Under the pieces are notes generated by a model, which did not search any database, was not told the origin of the DNA, and saw only the letters and a list, made by a program, of their open reading frames with translations. From Pelolinea sp. (lineage in GTDB: Bacteria > Chloroflexota > Anaerolineae > Anaerolineales > Anaerolineaceae): DNA of 64,000 nucleotides. Position numbers and translations under genes: made by a program. Numbering within the stretch: the first letter of the stretch is position 1; the number at the start of each line of letters is the position of its first letter. Positions 20,383 to 30,132 of this stretch are shown piece by piece. The DNA is taken from NCBI GenBank assembly GCA_030692365.1, contig JAUYCC010000075.1, positions 15,082 through 79,081 of the forward strand. The letters run 5' to 3'.

Positions 20383-21531
20383 TTATATGTGATATTCACT
20401 GATCGCTTCGATGACTATTTCCTGGTCTTTCAATCCAAGATCATTATAGAACGGTAACCTCACTAGCCTGTCGCTGACGCTTTCAGTAACAGGCAAGTCG
20501 CCATCATTATATCCAAACCTTTTACCCATATCAGATGTATGAAGCGGCACATAATGGAAAACCGCGTTGATGTTTTTATTCTTTAAGTAGGCGATTAAAT
20601 CCTGCCGCGTTTTCAAATCTGGCATGAGCATATAAAACATGTGAAAACTCTGTTCGCATTGCTGAGGGATGAATGGAAGCTGTACGGAATTGGCTTTCGC
20701 CCAATCCGCAAGACCTTCATTATACCGCAGCCAAATTTGCTTTCGGATAAGCTGGATTTCCTCTGCTGCTTCAAATTGTGAAAATAGAATAGCGGCAAGT
20801 ATGTCGGAAGGCAAATAGCTTGACCCCAGGTCAACCCAGGTATATTTGTCTACCTGACCCCGGAAAAACCTGCTTCGGTTAGTGCCCTTTTCACGGATTA
20901 CTTCTGCTCTTTCAATAAACGCAGGATCATTGATCAGTAATGCGCCACCCTCCCCACAGGAAATATTCTTGGTTTCATGAAAGCTTTGCGTGGCCATGCT
21001 GCCAAAGGTCCCCAGAAATTTTCCTTTGTATTTACCAAACAAACCATGCGCGTTGTCTTCCACAACTGATAGGTGATGTTTCCTAGCTATCTCAAGGATC
21101 TTGTCCATTTCACAACCGATGCCAGCATAATGAACCAAGTAGATAGCTTTTGTATGGTTATTGATTAAAGAATCAATTTTTGCCTCATCGATATTTAACG
21201 TGTCCGGTCGAATATCAGTGAACACTGGTTTTACACCTCGGAGAACAAAGGCATTAACAGTAGAGACAAATGTAAAAGATGGCACAATGACCTCGTCCTC
21301 AGGTCCAAGGTTTAATAATAGCGCTGACATTTCAAGCGCGTGGGTGCAGCTGGTTGTTAATAGTGCTTTTTTAACGCCAAAATTTTGTTCAAGAAATTGG
21401 TGGCATTTTTTTGTGAAGGGGCCGTCCCCCGATATATGTTTGCTGTGCACAGCCTGAGAGATATAGTCAAGTTGGTTTTTCGCAATAAAGGGTCTATTAA
21501 AATCGATGAAAATGGAATTATCTACACTCAT
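20383..21531 (-). CDS. wecE: dTDP-4-amino-4,6-dideoxygalactose transaminase (DegT/DnrJ family)
   Basis: SGDGPFTKKC, TTSCTHALE, EDNAHG, SFHETKN (PLP Lys), REKGTNRSRFFRGQVDKYTWVDLGSSYL, VFHYVPLH. Confidence 0.9.
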   Translation of the reverse strand: MSVDNSIFIDFNRPFIAKNQLDYISQAVHSKHISGDGPFTKKCHQFLEQNFGVKKALLTTSCTHALEMSALLLNLGPEDEVIVPSFTFVSTVNAFVLRGVKPVFTDIRPDTLNIDEAKIDSLINNHTKAIYLVHYAGIGCEMDKILEIARKHHLSVVEDNAHGLFGKYKGKFLGTFGSMATQSFHETKNISCGEGGALLINDPAFIERAEVIREKGTNRSRFFRGQVDKYTWVDLGSSYLPSDILAAILFSQFEAAEEIQLIRKQIWLRYNEGLADWAKANSVQLPFIPQQCEQSFHMFYMLMPDLKTRQDLIAYLKNKNINAVFHYVPLHTSDMGKRFGYNDGDLPVTESVSDRLVRLPFYNDLGLKDQEIVIEAISEYHI

Positions 21532-21541
21532 CCTTTAATCC

Positions 21542-22231
21542 TTATCTTATGAAAGTTAAAGAATCATCACCTTTCATGAAGAGTAAATCAATGATAGAAA
21601 CTTGCGATTCAAACGGCGGATACAACTGCTCATATTCGGGGTAGTTATAAGTCATATATTCCAGTTTGATCCCAGCCGCATCAAATTTATCCTTCTCGAT
21701 ATAATCCTTGGCAGATGGACCCGAAATATAATAATCCGCCCCGACCTTTTTAAGGATTGAAATCAACCTGTCTGTTTTTTCGCCTTCAATCGAATCAATT
21801 TCAGATGATCGTATGAATTTTGTATGGCTAATTCCTAAAAAGCGAGCTAAATCGATGGTCGTTTGGATTGTAAAGTTACTAAGAAATTCAGGTTTACGAC
21901 CAAATACCTCCGAAAAATAATCAATATATTTACCAAAAAAAGGAGCTTTACGGTAAGCGAATTGTATCCCTCGCCAATGATGTAGATTCCAGGGTCTTTC
22001 CCAAGAAATTTTTATCTGATTAATAGGGGTACCTTCTGGTACTGATCCTTTTGTATGTACAGGTATCGTCAACCACTGCAAACCTTGGGAGGTCTTTATT
22101 CGATTCCGGTTTCTCCATCCGTTTTTATCATATTGGACGTCATCATAAAAAATAAAAAGGTCGGCTTTCCAGATCTGATGAAAAAATCCGCGCCATGGGA
22201 TATAAGAAGGTTGCAGGATGACACATTTCAT
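21542..22231 (-). CDS. WbqC family protein (putative sugar N-glycyltransferase)
   Basis: ILQPSYIPWRGFF, DDVQY..GWRNRNRI, YISGPSAKDY, SIIDLLF. Confidence 0.85.
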   Translation of the reverse strand: MKCVILQPSYIPWRGFFHQIWKADLFIFYDDVQYDKNGWRNRNRIKTSQGLQWLTIPVHTKGSVPEGTPINQIKISWERPWNLHHWRGIQFAYRKAPFFGKYIDYFSEVFGRKPEFLSNFTIQTTIDLARFLGISHTKFIRSSEIDSIEGEKTDRLISILKKVGADYYISGPSAKDYIEKDKFDAAGIKLEYMTYNYPEYEQLYPPFESQVSIIDLLFMKGDDSLTFIR

Positions 22232-23160
22232 TGGGATAATTTGGTTGTTGTTTCTCCGATTACGTATGCGGGGTGGTTCATTGATCGGTTGAAAATTCGC
22301 GCAAGATATTCTCCGAATATCCCTAATGTAAATAATTGAACGCCGCTAAAGATACTGATGATTGACGCGATAAAGGGAAATCCCGGAATACTGCCTTCCT
22401 GAAATGTTTTTACAACGACATAGATCAGCACACCCGCACCAAATAATGTGAATAAAAATCCGATTGCGCTGGCAATTCGAAGTGGTAAAGTGCTGAAGCC
22501 TGTCAGGACAAGCATTGCAATTCGAAATAATTTAACAAAGGTGTAATTGGAGCGTCCGATCGAGCGTTCTTCCTCATTAACCTCAACTGTCCCGAAATTA
22601 TTGGTTCCCCAAGTCAATAACGCGTCTATCAAAATATTAGGACTATCGAAGTTTTCAAAAGCTTTTCTTAGATCTCTTTTGATCGCCCTGAATGCGCTGA
22701 TGGATTTTATACTTTTTATGCCTAAAGTTTTTGACAGGACTGTTTTTGTGAACCATGAGAAAAAATTCCGCCAGCGCTCATGAACTTGTCTGTGGGGAAT
22801 TCCATACACAACATCAAACCCTTCATGTATTTTTTCGATAAGCTTGTGAATTTCTTCTGGCGGGTGTTGTAAATCATCATCCATCGTAATGATGAGGTCA
22901 TTTTTAGCCGATCTAATCCCGCATAAAAGCGCGTTGTGCTGGCCATAATTGCGCATCAAATTAAAGCCAATAATTTGTCGGTTTTTCTTTGCTAATTCAG
23001 AAACCACCTGCCAACTTTTGTCATAACTCCCATCGTTTATTAGCAATATTTCAAAGGTATTTGTAATTTTCTCTAATGCGGGGATTAACCTGTCAATTAA
23101 GGTGGGTAAAATCAATTCGCTATTGTAGATAGGTATGATAACTGAGAGAGTATTTTCCAT
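22228..23160 (-). CDS. GT2 polyprenyl-phosphate glycosyltransferase (GtrB/ArnC-like)
   Basis: SVIIPIYN, INDGSYD, RNYGQHNA, MDDDLQHPP, two C-terminal TMs ending GIFGEYLARIF. Confidence 0.88.
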   Translation of the reverse strand: MENTLSVIIPIYNSELILPTLIDRLIPALEKITNTFEILLINDGSYDKSWQVVSELAKKNRQIIGFNLMRNYGQHNALLCGIRSAKNDLIITMDDDLQHPPEEIHKLIEKIHEGFDVVYGIPHRQVHERWRNFFSWFTKTVLSKTLGIKSIKSISAFRAIKRDLRKAFENFDSPNILIDALLTWGTNNFGTVEVNEEERSIGRSNYTFVKLFRIAMLVLTGFSTLPLRIASAIGFLFTLFGAGVLIYVVVKTFQEGSIPGFPFIASIISIFSGVQLFTLGIFGEYLARIFNRSMNHPAYVIGETTTKLSQ

Positions 23161-23166
23161 ATTTTT

Positions 23167-25197
23167 CTACTGGCAATTGTATCCCTTTAAATATTCCTGG
23201 ATCTTCTCAGCGAAAAGAAATTGCTCATTATTCTTTATCCGTCTAAGCGTATAACACATACCTTGTTGATAATTACCTTCTGATGCAGAAATCTCATTGA
23301 GAATGAGATCTACTTTATCCCATTGCCCCTTCCAACTATAGCCTTCCAGAAACGGTAGCCATTCAGATGCTGAGCGAGGGAATAATCCTTTTTCGGTAGC
23401 CTCATCTCCAAGAATTATGATTTGCGCATAGTCACTAAATTGGCGCGCGAGGTCAGCTTTTTCAAAATAGTAACACCAGGTTTTCTCTGGTTCACTGCCT
23501 AACAAATAGGCAGGAGGTGATTTTTGAGGTTCAGTACGGATCAATGATAAATTCGTCATTCGCAATTCTTCAGTCTGAAGGTTTGTAAGATTGGGATTTG
23601 TAATTGAGTTTGAATAAACGCGATCCATTATCTGCAAGCATGAGGGTGGATTGAATTTAAAAGCAATCAATTGTGATGTATTTCCTGAGAAAGAAAAGGA
23701 CCGATACCTTTGTGTAATAGGAATATCTTTTTCCAATTTTTTCAATCCTAAGCCCAACCGTACGTCAGTAAAATACAAAAGGTAATCTAATTGCTTTGTT
23801 TTTTGACCAGAATACATTAAATTTAAAGGTGAAGTCAGGGAATTGTCGCTGTAGAAATTCAACCCGATTTCGGATGTGATGAGAGTTGTGTTTTTCACCA
23901 AATCAGGCACTCTCCAACTAAATTGCCACTGCATCTGTTGGATGTTTTCCCAATCCCGTTTGAAACGCATGCCGTTTTCAAAATGGCTTCCAACCGCAAA
24001 CGAGATCAATAAAGCAAAAATCAAATTCCGGAACAGACCAAATTTCTTTAAAATATGTAAAAATGCTCCGAACAATAGAGCCACTGCAGGAATAAACGCC
24101 AATGTCATCCGGTCCCAGGCAAATTTAATATCAAGTGGTAAGCCTAGTACCCAAACAATAGACCCTGCCAGAAAAAAGAGAATAACCCCGATTGCAACAA
24201 TTGAAAAATTATTACTTGCAAATGCTTTTTCAGGTTGCTGCATCCTTGCTCGAAAAGCAGAGACAACCATTGTAATCATTAACGAAAACAGAACCAAAAT
24301 CCAAAATATGAATGTTGCTGATTTTCCAAAATTACTTATTTGGGGTATTGTCAATGACTTAACCCAGGCGCCAACTGTAATAGTGTAAAAATCAGCAGGA
24401 ATATGCTTCAATAAATCAAAAAAAGTTGAATAAGGATTTTGCGAAAAAGTGTCAAAAAACCCCGGTTGATAGGTAGGAAATTTAAAAATAAATACACGCC
24501 AAATTAAAAAGCCAACAAAAATGGTGAAATAGAGTAACCAAAGTAATAAAACGCGTTTCATCAATTTCTTCCCTGTAATGCCCCTATTTTTCAGCATCAT
24601 CCAAAGAAGAAAAGGTCTTATAAGCTCTAGGGTGGCGAAGTTTTCGATTGAGAACATTTGAAGTGATCCAAAAACAGACAAAATAAATAGAAGGATATTA
24701 AATTTCCTTGTCTTTGCGACCCTTACCATTAACAGGACTGACAATAAGAAAATGTCTAAAACACTGAAGTGATGGCAATAAATTAATGCTATTGGTTGCT
24801 GTAAAAAACCTGGATAAACTGCAAAAATTGAGGATGCGAAAAAAGAAAAGTCATTCTTATCAGACCAAATTTCTTTCAGGATCTGATAAAAAAGCACCAC
24901 GCTTATAAATCGGAGGAAAAAGGCGAGTAAATGATATCCGAGAGGATTGAATTTAAACAATCCGGTTGTAAGCATAAAAATCCAGGCGGAAAATGGGCGG
25001 TCTGATGCCACATATTCCGGAAATCCTGCAGGACCAAATGAATGAAGTTGATAAAGATAAGGAAGATCATCCCAATAGAATCCCAAAAAAGGAATGAGGA
25101 TTCCATAACAGAGAACACAAAGAATGAAAAACCATAAATAAGTAAGAATTTCCCGATCTTTATTTAAGAGAAATGAATTCTTTAAGCGGTAGAACAT
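23167..25197 (-). CDS. putative GT-C fold membrane glycosyltransferase, paralog 3
   Basis: About 11-12 TMs, GFYWDD after TM1, DRPF, YPGFLQQ, soluble C-terminal domain with PPSCL/WCYYFEKA. Confidence 0.6.
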   Translation of the reverse strand: MFYRLKNSFLLNKDREILTYLWFFILCVLCYGILIPFLGFYWDDLPYLYQLHSFGPAGFPEYVASDRPFSAWIFMLTTGLFKFNPLGYHLLAFFLRFISVVLFYQILKEIWSDKNDFSFFASSIFAVYPGFLQQPIALIYCHHFSVLDIFLLSVLLMVRVAKTRKFNILLFILSVFGSLQMFSIENFATLELIRPFLLWMMLKNRGITGKKLMKRVLLLWLLYFTIFVGFLIWRVFIFKFPTYQPGFFDTFSQNPYSTFFDLLKHIPADFYTITVGAWVKSLTIPQISNFGKSATFIFWILVLFSLMITMVVSAFRARMQQPEKAFASNNFSIVAIGVILFFLAGSIVWVLGLPLDIKFAWDRMTLAFIPAVALLFGAFLHILKKFGLFRNLIFALLISFAVGSHFENGMRFKRDWENIQQMQWQFSWRVPDLVKNTTLITSEIGLNFYSDNSLTSPLNLMYSGQKTKQLDYLLYFTDVRLGLGLKKLEKDIPITQRYRSFSFSGNTSQLIAFKFNPPSCLQIMDRVYSNSITNPNLTNLQTEELRMTNLSLIRTEPQKSPPAYLLGSEPEKTWCYYFEKADLARQFSDYAQIIILGDEATEKGLFPRSASEWLPFLEGYSWKGQWDKVDLILNEISASEGNYQQGMCYTLRRIKNNEQFLFAEKIQEYLKGYNCQ

Positions 25198-25202
25198 TTA
25201 AT

Positions 25203-27230
25203 TTATTTACAATCCAATTTATTATTTATTTCTATAACAACCTTTTGTTTTAGGGTAGATTCGGAAGTCTCGGTTGTTATTCTTTTCCATAAGGCACAAA
25301 GTATCGGTTCCATATTAGCGGTGATATTTATGGCCTGGTCCGTGATGGTTGAGGCCTCTTCCCATTTGGACAGATGAGATAGTCCCTCAATGAAAGGAAA
25401 CCATTCCCGTCCATCACGTGGTTTATAGTTCTTGACTTTTACGACCTGATATAAGTGTCCAATTAAATCCCAGTTCCTAAATTGGCTGGCTGCGTCAGCT
25501 TTTTCAAAATAATAGCACCAGTTTTTTTGTGGTTCAGTGCCAATGATATCAAGTGTTCCTAGGTCAGGTTTGCTAGTTCCATTGGGGATAATTAAGTCCG
25601 GTTTTGACAAGAACAAGGCCTGTTTTATTAAAGGATCCAAATTAGGATTTTCGCTATCTAATATTGGATCAAGAATTATTAAACATCCCGGGGGATTAAA
25701 GTCAATGAGTAATGCTTGAGAAGTGTTTCCTTGAAATGATGCATAATATCTTTTAGCTTGTATGGGGATATTCTTATTAATTTCAGGGAGGATTGACGTA
25801 TTAATCCTTTCCGGGAGATAGAATAAAAAGTAGGGGATAGCGGATACCTGGTCTTTTCTTGTTAGTGCAAAATTGATCCCGCTGCTAAGTTGGTCGCTAT
25901 TCTCATAGTGAAGGTCCATCATATCTGAGAAAATAACCGTGTTTTCTTTCAGTGAGGGAATTCTCCATATCAATTCCCAGTAAAGATGATTTTGATTTTC
26001 CCAATCATGGCGAAATAAATTTGCAGCTAAAAACTGGGTGCCTGCCCCCAATGAAATTAGGGCTGATATCAGTATGATAAACCCCAGCTTATTTTTAAAT
26101 ATCAACGATATTAATTGAGGTACTACGATACAACTACCGACCATGAAGGGGATAGTCCACCGAGTGAAGAAATACTTTTCATTAACCGGTAATCCCGCTA
26201 ACCAGAATGGAATTCCTGCGAAGATTAATGAAATAATGCCAAATGCCAAAATATTAGGAACTCCTGCTGTGTTTGTTGCCTTTTTATCAGAATTGACAAA
26301 ATTCTTTAGAAAAATAAATACAGCAATAAACAAGATAAGAACCAACCCATAATAAGCGAAGATAATCCTTTGTCCTTGTTCATGAATAAGGTGTGAAGGA
26401 TAAATAGAATCAAGCCATACTTTAAGCGATGTGTACCAAATATCGCGTAGAGTTGTAACAATCTGATTTATTAAAGTTGGAAAAAAAGAGGTTTTGAGAT
26501 TTTTCAGCAACACAAGTGAATAGATAGTTTCATAATTTTCCTGAAATAAGCGCCAGATTATTGTCGAAACATATAAGGCCAGAAAAGGACTAGAGGTATA
26601 AAAAGCGTTTCTTAAATTCGGTTCGTTCTGCTTTTTTCTTATTGTGATCCAAATCAATAGGTACCTGACAAGTTCAAGCGTGAAAAAATATTCGCTGGTT
26701 ATCAATGAGATAGCCGAAAAGAACAAGGAAATGATCAAATAGATCAGTTTGTGGTTTGGGCTGTTTATGGTTTTGATTGAAAAATATAAGGAGAGAAGAA
26801 AAAGTGAAAAAATAAAAAAAGTGATGCCGTAAATCATTGATGAAAACTGGGCTTGAAAACCTGGATAAACGACCACACACAGGCAAGCTGTGATAGCCAG
26901 GATTTTCTTATCAGGCCAAGTTTGCTTAATCAACCAATAAAGGCTCATAGCAAGCAACCACCTTGAGGAAATTCCGAACAATGCCCACAGGATTGAATTT
27001 GAACCAAAAAGGATTAGAAATGGTTGATAGATAAATTTCAAGAAGGGGCGATTTCCTTCAAAAAATAAACCTACATCATTCATCTTTCGATAAAACCAAA
27101 GAATTGAAAGTTCGTCATGAAAAAATCTGAGCCATGGGCTGAGCAATCCATAACAGATAAAACTTAAAACAAATACGAATACAGGTAATGAACATTTTGA
27201 ATTAATGAGGTTTTTAATTCTTTTACCCAT
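25203..27230 (-). CDS. putative GT-C fold membrane glycosyltransferase, paralog 2
   Basis: RFFHDE after TM1, NRPF, YPGFQAQ, WRIPSL, PPGCL, WCYYFEKA. Confidence 0.6.
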   Translation of the reverse strand: MGKRIKNLINSKCSLPVFVFVLSFICYGLLSPWLRFFHDELSILWFYRKMNDVGLFFEGNRPFLKFIYQPFLILFGSNSILWALFGISSRWLLAMSLYWLIKQTWPDKKILAITACLCVVVYPGFQAQFSSMIYGITFFIFSLFLLSLYFSIKTINSPNHKLIYLIISLFFSAISLITSEYFFTLELVRYLLIWITIRKKQNEPNLRNAFYTSSPFLALYVSTIIWRLFQENYETIYSLVLLKNLKTSFFPTLINQIVTTLRDIWYTSLKVWLDSIYPSHLIHEQGQRIIFAYYGLVLILFIAVFIFLKNFVNSDKKATNTAGVPNILAFGIISLIFAGIPFWLAGLPVNEKYFFTRWTIPFMVGSCIVVPQLISLIFKNKLGFIILISALISLGAGTQFLAANLFRHDWENQNHLYWELIWRIPSLKENTVIFSDMMDLHYENSDQLSSGINFALTRKDQVSAIPYFLFYLPERINTSILPEINKNIPIQAKRYYASFQGNTSQALLIDFNPPGCLIILDPILDSENPNLDPLIKQALFLSKPDLIIPNGTSKPDLGTLDIIGTEPQKNWCYYFEKADAASQFRNWDLIGHLYQVVKVKNYKPRDGREWFPFIEGLSHLSKWEEASTITDQAINITANMEPILCALWKRITTETSESTLKQKVVIEINNKLDCK

Positions 27231-27254
27231 TACCGGTTGCCTTCTAAACCGAGT

Positions 27255-29309
27255 TTATTTAATGCAATTTGACGAAAGAAATTCCTGCTTCTCAGAATTA
27301 ATTGAATTCGGTTCGTCCTTGGCATTTTGATTTATCCGCTCCCATAATTTACAGACCATCGGCTTATAAAGGTCAGAAATTTGGATTGTTTGCTTGGAAA
27401 GATTAATTGCTTTTTCCCATTCGCCTTTCATTGCGAATGCCTCAATAAATGGAAGACGTTCTGATGCATCGTTGGGATAATCATTAAGGCTGAAAGCGAT
27501 ATCCCCCAATCTTGCCGCTTCTTCCCAATCCCGGTTTTGAACTGCCAGACTGGCTTTCTGATAATAAAAACACCAGGAAGAATCAGAATCATTTTCGATA
27601 AAGAAAACAGAATTCTTCACCTCATTATAATTAATTAAATCCAGCCTTGATAAAGATGCAGCCGGTCTGATCTCCTTTGGAATAAGGGGATTGTATATAT
27701 CAAGGTCGGGATCTGCAAGATGAACACAGCCAGGGGGATTGTGATAGAAAAGAATTAATTGGTCCGTTGACCCTTGAAAAGTAAAAGTTCGGTAATTATG
27801 GGTAATTTTTGTTCCGGGTTCAAGCGAAGGAAGGCTCTTACCCAACCTGGCTTTTGTGTAGTTGATGATGTAAGGAAGTCGATAATTTTTTATTTCTTTG
27901 GAAAACAACCAGTTGAATGCAGCTGTCAGAGAATTATCACTGTAATACCGCAGGGGAAGTTCATCGGTGACAAGAATTGTGTCTTCCTCAAGAGAAGGGA
28001 TTCGCCATGAAATTTGCTGGAAAAATTGCTTTAGATAATCCCATTCCGTACGATAATTATTTGCTTGATTCACTTGATAAGAAAGGCTCAAGCTAAATAT
28101 TAAACTAAATAGTAGCGAAAAAATAAAACGCTTTTTTATTGATAACCAAATTAGTAAAAAAAACAGAGCAGATGATCCCAACATGAAAGGGATAAAAATC
28201 CTGTCATTGGGAAAATGAATTTCAGTTCTCAAGTTTGCTGCCCAAAATGGTATCCCGACAAAAAAGAGAGTAAGCAAACTGCCAGTCAATAATTCAATGT
28301 TCCATTTCTTATTGTCTGAGGGATTTTGGGAAAGAGAGGGTTTTAACCTGCTTACCAATACTAAAGTTATAAAGAAAACAGCGACGGTTATTGCGAAATA
28401 AACTTTGGTAAATAGAGATGAAAAATCCATTTCCAACAGCGGTTTGATGATTTGGCTCCAAGCCAAAACTGTTGATGTGTAGATATTTAATAATTGGACT
28501 TGAATTAGATTAAAAATTGTTGATAAGGGATTGGTTGCAAGGCTTTCAAGTTTTTGAACCTTATAAAGAACTGACGAGGCAATAAAAATGCGGTAGAAAA
28601 GAAAAAGTGCCACTGAGGTTAGATAAGGTGCCCACTTTGCCAATGTTTTCTTTAGCCTTACTTTTTTTGAACTGTCTGGATCTTTCTTGGAAATGATCTT
28701 ATAAATAATGAAAGGTCGTAAAACTTCCATGCCGGCCATATATTCTGTTGCTAAAAGACACAAGACCGTCAGGGTAATAGGAAGTATGAGGCTGCTCCAA
28801 TGATGTGACTCCTGGTTTTCCAAATCGACAAATAAAGATAACGAAAAGAAATAGAGAGCAAAAATAAGAAAGGCATGGGAATAAATTACTGAAATCCACT
28901 GTTGGGTAAATCCTGGAAAAACCGAAAATAATAGGATTAAATATTTGTTCTGCCGAAGGTTTTCAGGAAACACCCGGTTTATAAATCCAAAAACGCTAAG
29001 AATGAAAATCCAGCGACAAATAATCGCAAAAATCTGCCAGACCCAGGGAGCCTCACCCAAGACAGACATCGGGATTGCGTAAAAAAATCCAAGAACTGGG
29101 CGATCCAGTGCAATTGCCTTGATTACCCCTGCAATTCCCGTTGTGTGTTTGAACCACATATAGGGAAAATCATCCCAATAAAACCCCAGAAATGGAATAA
29201 ACAATCCATAAGAAGCAAAACATACCAGAAGGAGAAGCAAGGGAAAACGGTCTTTTTTAAAGAATTTTATGAGCATGGGACTGATATTGGATGTAAGTTT
29301 ATTCTTCAA
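27255..29309 (-). CDS. putative GT-C fold membrane glycosyltransferase, paralog 1 (start TTG 29309 or ATG 29276)
   Basis: GFYWDD, DRPV, FPGFTQQ, WRIPSL, YSDNSLT, PPGCV, WCFYYQKA. Confidence 0.6.
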   Translation of the reverse strand: MKNKLTSNISPMLIKFFKKDRFPLLLLLVCFASYGLFIPFLGFYWDDFPYMWFKHTTGIAGVIKAIALDRPVLGFFYAIPMSVLGEAPWVWQIFAIICRWIFILSVFGFINRVFPENLRQNKYLILLFSVFPGFTQQWISVIYSHAFLIFALYFFSLSLFVDLENQESHHWSSLILPITLTVLCLLATEYMAGMEVLRPFIIYKIISKKDPDSSKKVRLKKTLAKWAPYLTSVALFLFYRIFIASSVLYKVQKLESLATNPLSTIFNLIQVQLLNIYTSTVLAWSQIIKPLLEMDFSSLFTKVYFAITVAVFFITLVLVSRLKPSLSQNPSDNKKWNIELLTGSLLTLFFVGIPFWAANLRTEIHFPNDRIFIPFMLGSSALFFLLIWLSIKKRFIFSLLFSLIFSLSLSYQVNQANNYRTEWDYLKQFFQQISWRIPSLEEDTILVTDELPLRYYSDNSLTAAFNWLFSKEIKNYRLPYIINYTKARLGKSLPSLEPGTKITHNYRTFTFQGSTDQLILFYHNPPGCVHLADPDLDIYNPLIPKEIRPAASLSRLDLINYNEVKNSVFFIENDSDSSWCFYYQKASLAVQNRDWEEAARLGDIAFSLNDYPNDASERLPFIEAFAMKGEWEKAINLSKQTIQISDLYKPMVCKLWERINQNAKDEPNSINSEKQEFLSSNCIK

Positions 29310-29313
29310 AAGC

Positions 29314-29780
29314 TTATTTTTTTAAATAATCGCTGTACTGATTATTATTTATTTCTTTCCCAAGATGCATATGCTGCTGCTTATCAATGAAACCCATGCG
29401 GTATGCAATTTCTTCCGGGCATGAAAGCATTAACCCCTGCCGCTCTTCCACAGTTTGGACAAAAACCGAAGCCTGAAGCAGTGATTCGTGAGTTCTCGCA
29501 TCCAGCCAGGCTACACCACGCCCTAGGATTTTGACCTTTAAAGAGCCTTCCTCAAGGTATATGCGATTCAGATCAGTTATTTCCAATTCTCCTTGTTGTG
29601 ATGGTCTTAATTTCTTTGCGAAAAAACAACCAGATTGCCGTAAAAATAAAACCCCGGTACAGCAAGGTTGGACCTCGGATTAGCCGGTTTTTCTTTGATT
29701 GCCAAGGCATTTTCAACCAAATAATGAATAAAATTCAACCCAATAAATCCAGCCCCGCCTGTGATTAAATAGTGTTTCAT
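29314..29780 (-). pseudogene. rfbA: rfbB::rfbA deletion-fusion pseudogene (N-terminus of dTDP-glucose 4,6-dehydratase joined to C-terminal half of glucose-1-phosphate thymidylyltransferase, frameshifted)
   Basis: From ATG 29780: MKHYLITGGAGFIGLNFIHYLV (RfbB-like start), then in frame ALAIKEKPANPRSNLAVPGFYFYGNLVV (RfbA). A 1-nt loss in the T-run near 29621-29626 gives TAA at 29607; RfbA resumes in another frame as AKKLRPSQQGELEITDLNRIYL...RGVAWLD...CPEEIAYRMGFI. Confidence 0.85.
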
Positions 29781-30093
29781 TAATCCCTTCTACCTATTTA
29801 ATTTTCTAAATTATAGCTTATGCGTATAAGCCTTTGTATTTTTTACCTTAAAATAATGTATAATTTATAAAAAGCTTGATTGAACATTTGATGATTCGTC
29901 ATCAAATTTTGGCAAACGGTTTTTGCGAATGGACCTGCCAGAAATAATATGGCAGCTGGAAAATAGATATAAATTGAAATGAATTTAATTGGGATTTCTT
30001 GTTTGGTTAAATTGAATAGTCCAAACCCTAAATTTGAATTAGCCACATAATATAGAATCCCTGATTTATATTTACTTAATTTTCCAAAAAAGC

Positions 30094-30128
30094 AAAAACC
30101 GCAGCCAAGGAATTTGGTTACGGTTTTT
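30094..30128. terminator. terminator-like hairpin immediately upstream of recX
   Basis: AAAAACCGcagCCAA-ggaat-TTGGttaCGGTTTTT; ends 4 nt before the recX ATG. Confidence 0.55.
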
Positions 30129-30132
30129 ATTA

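Noticed and set aside
29843-30046. 67-aa ORF in the island boundary gap
   Set aside because: GTG start, no RBS, no motif; may be chance or a gene relic, and I cannot support it
29781-30132. LexA (GAAC-N4-GTTC) box upstream of recX
   Set aside because: No such motif found on reading the gap
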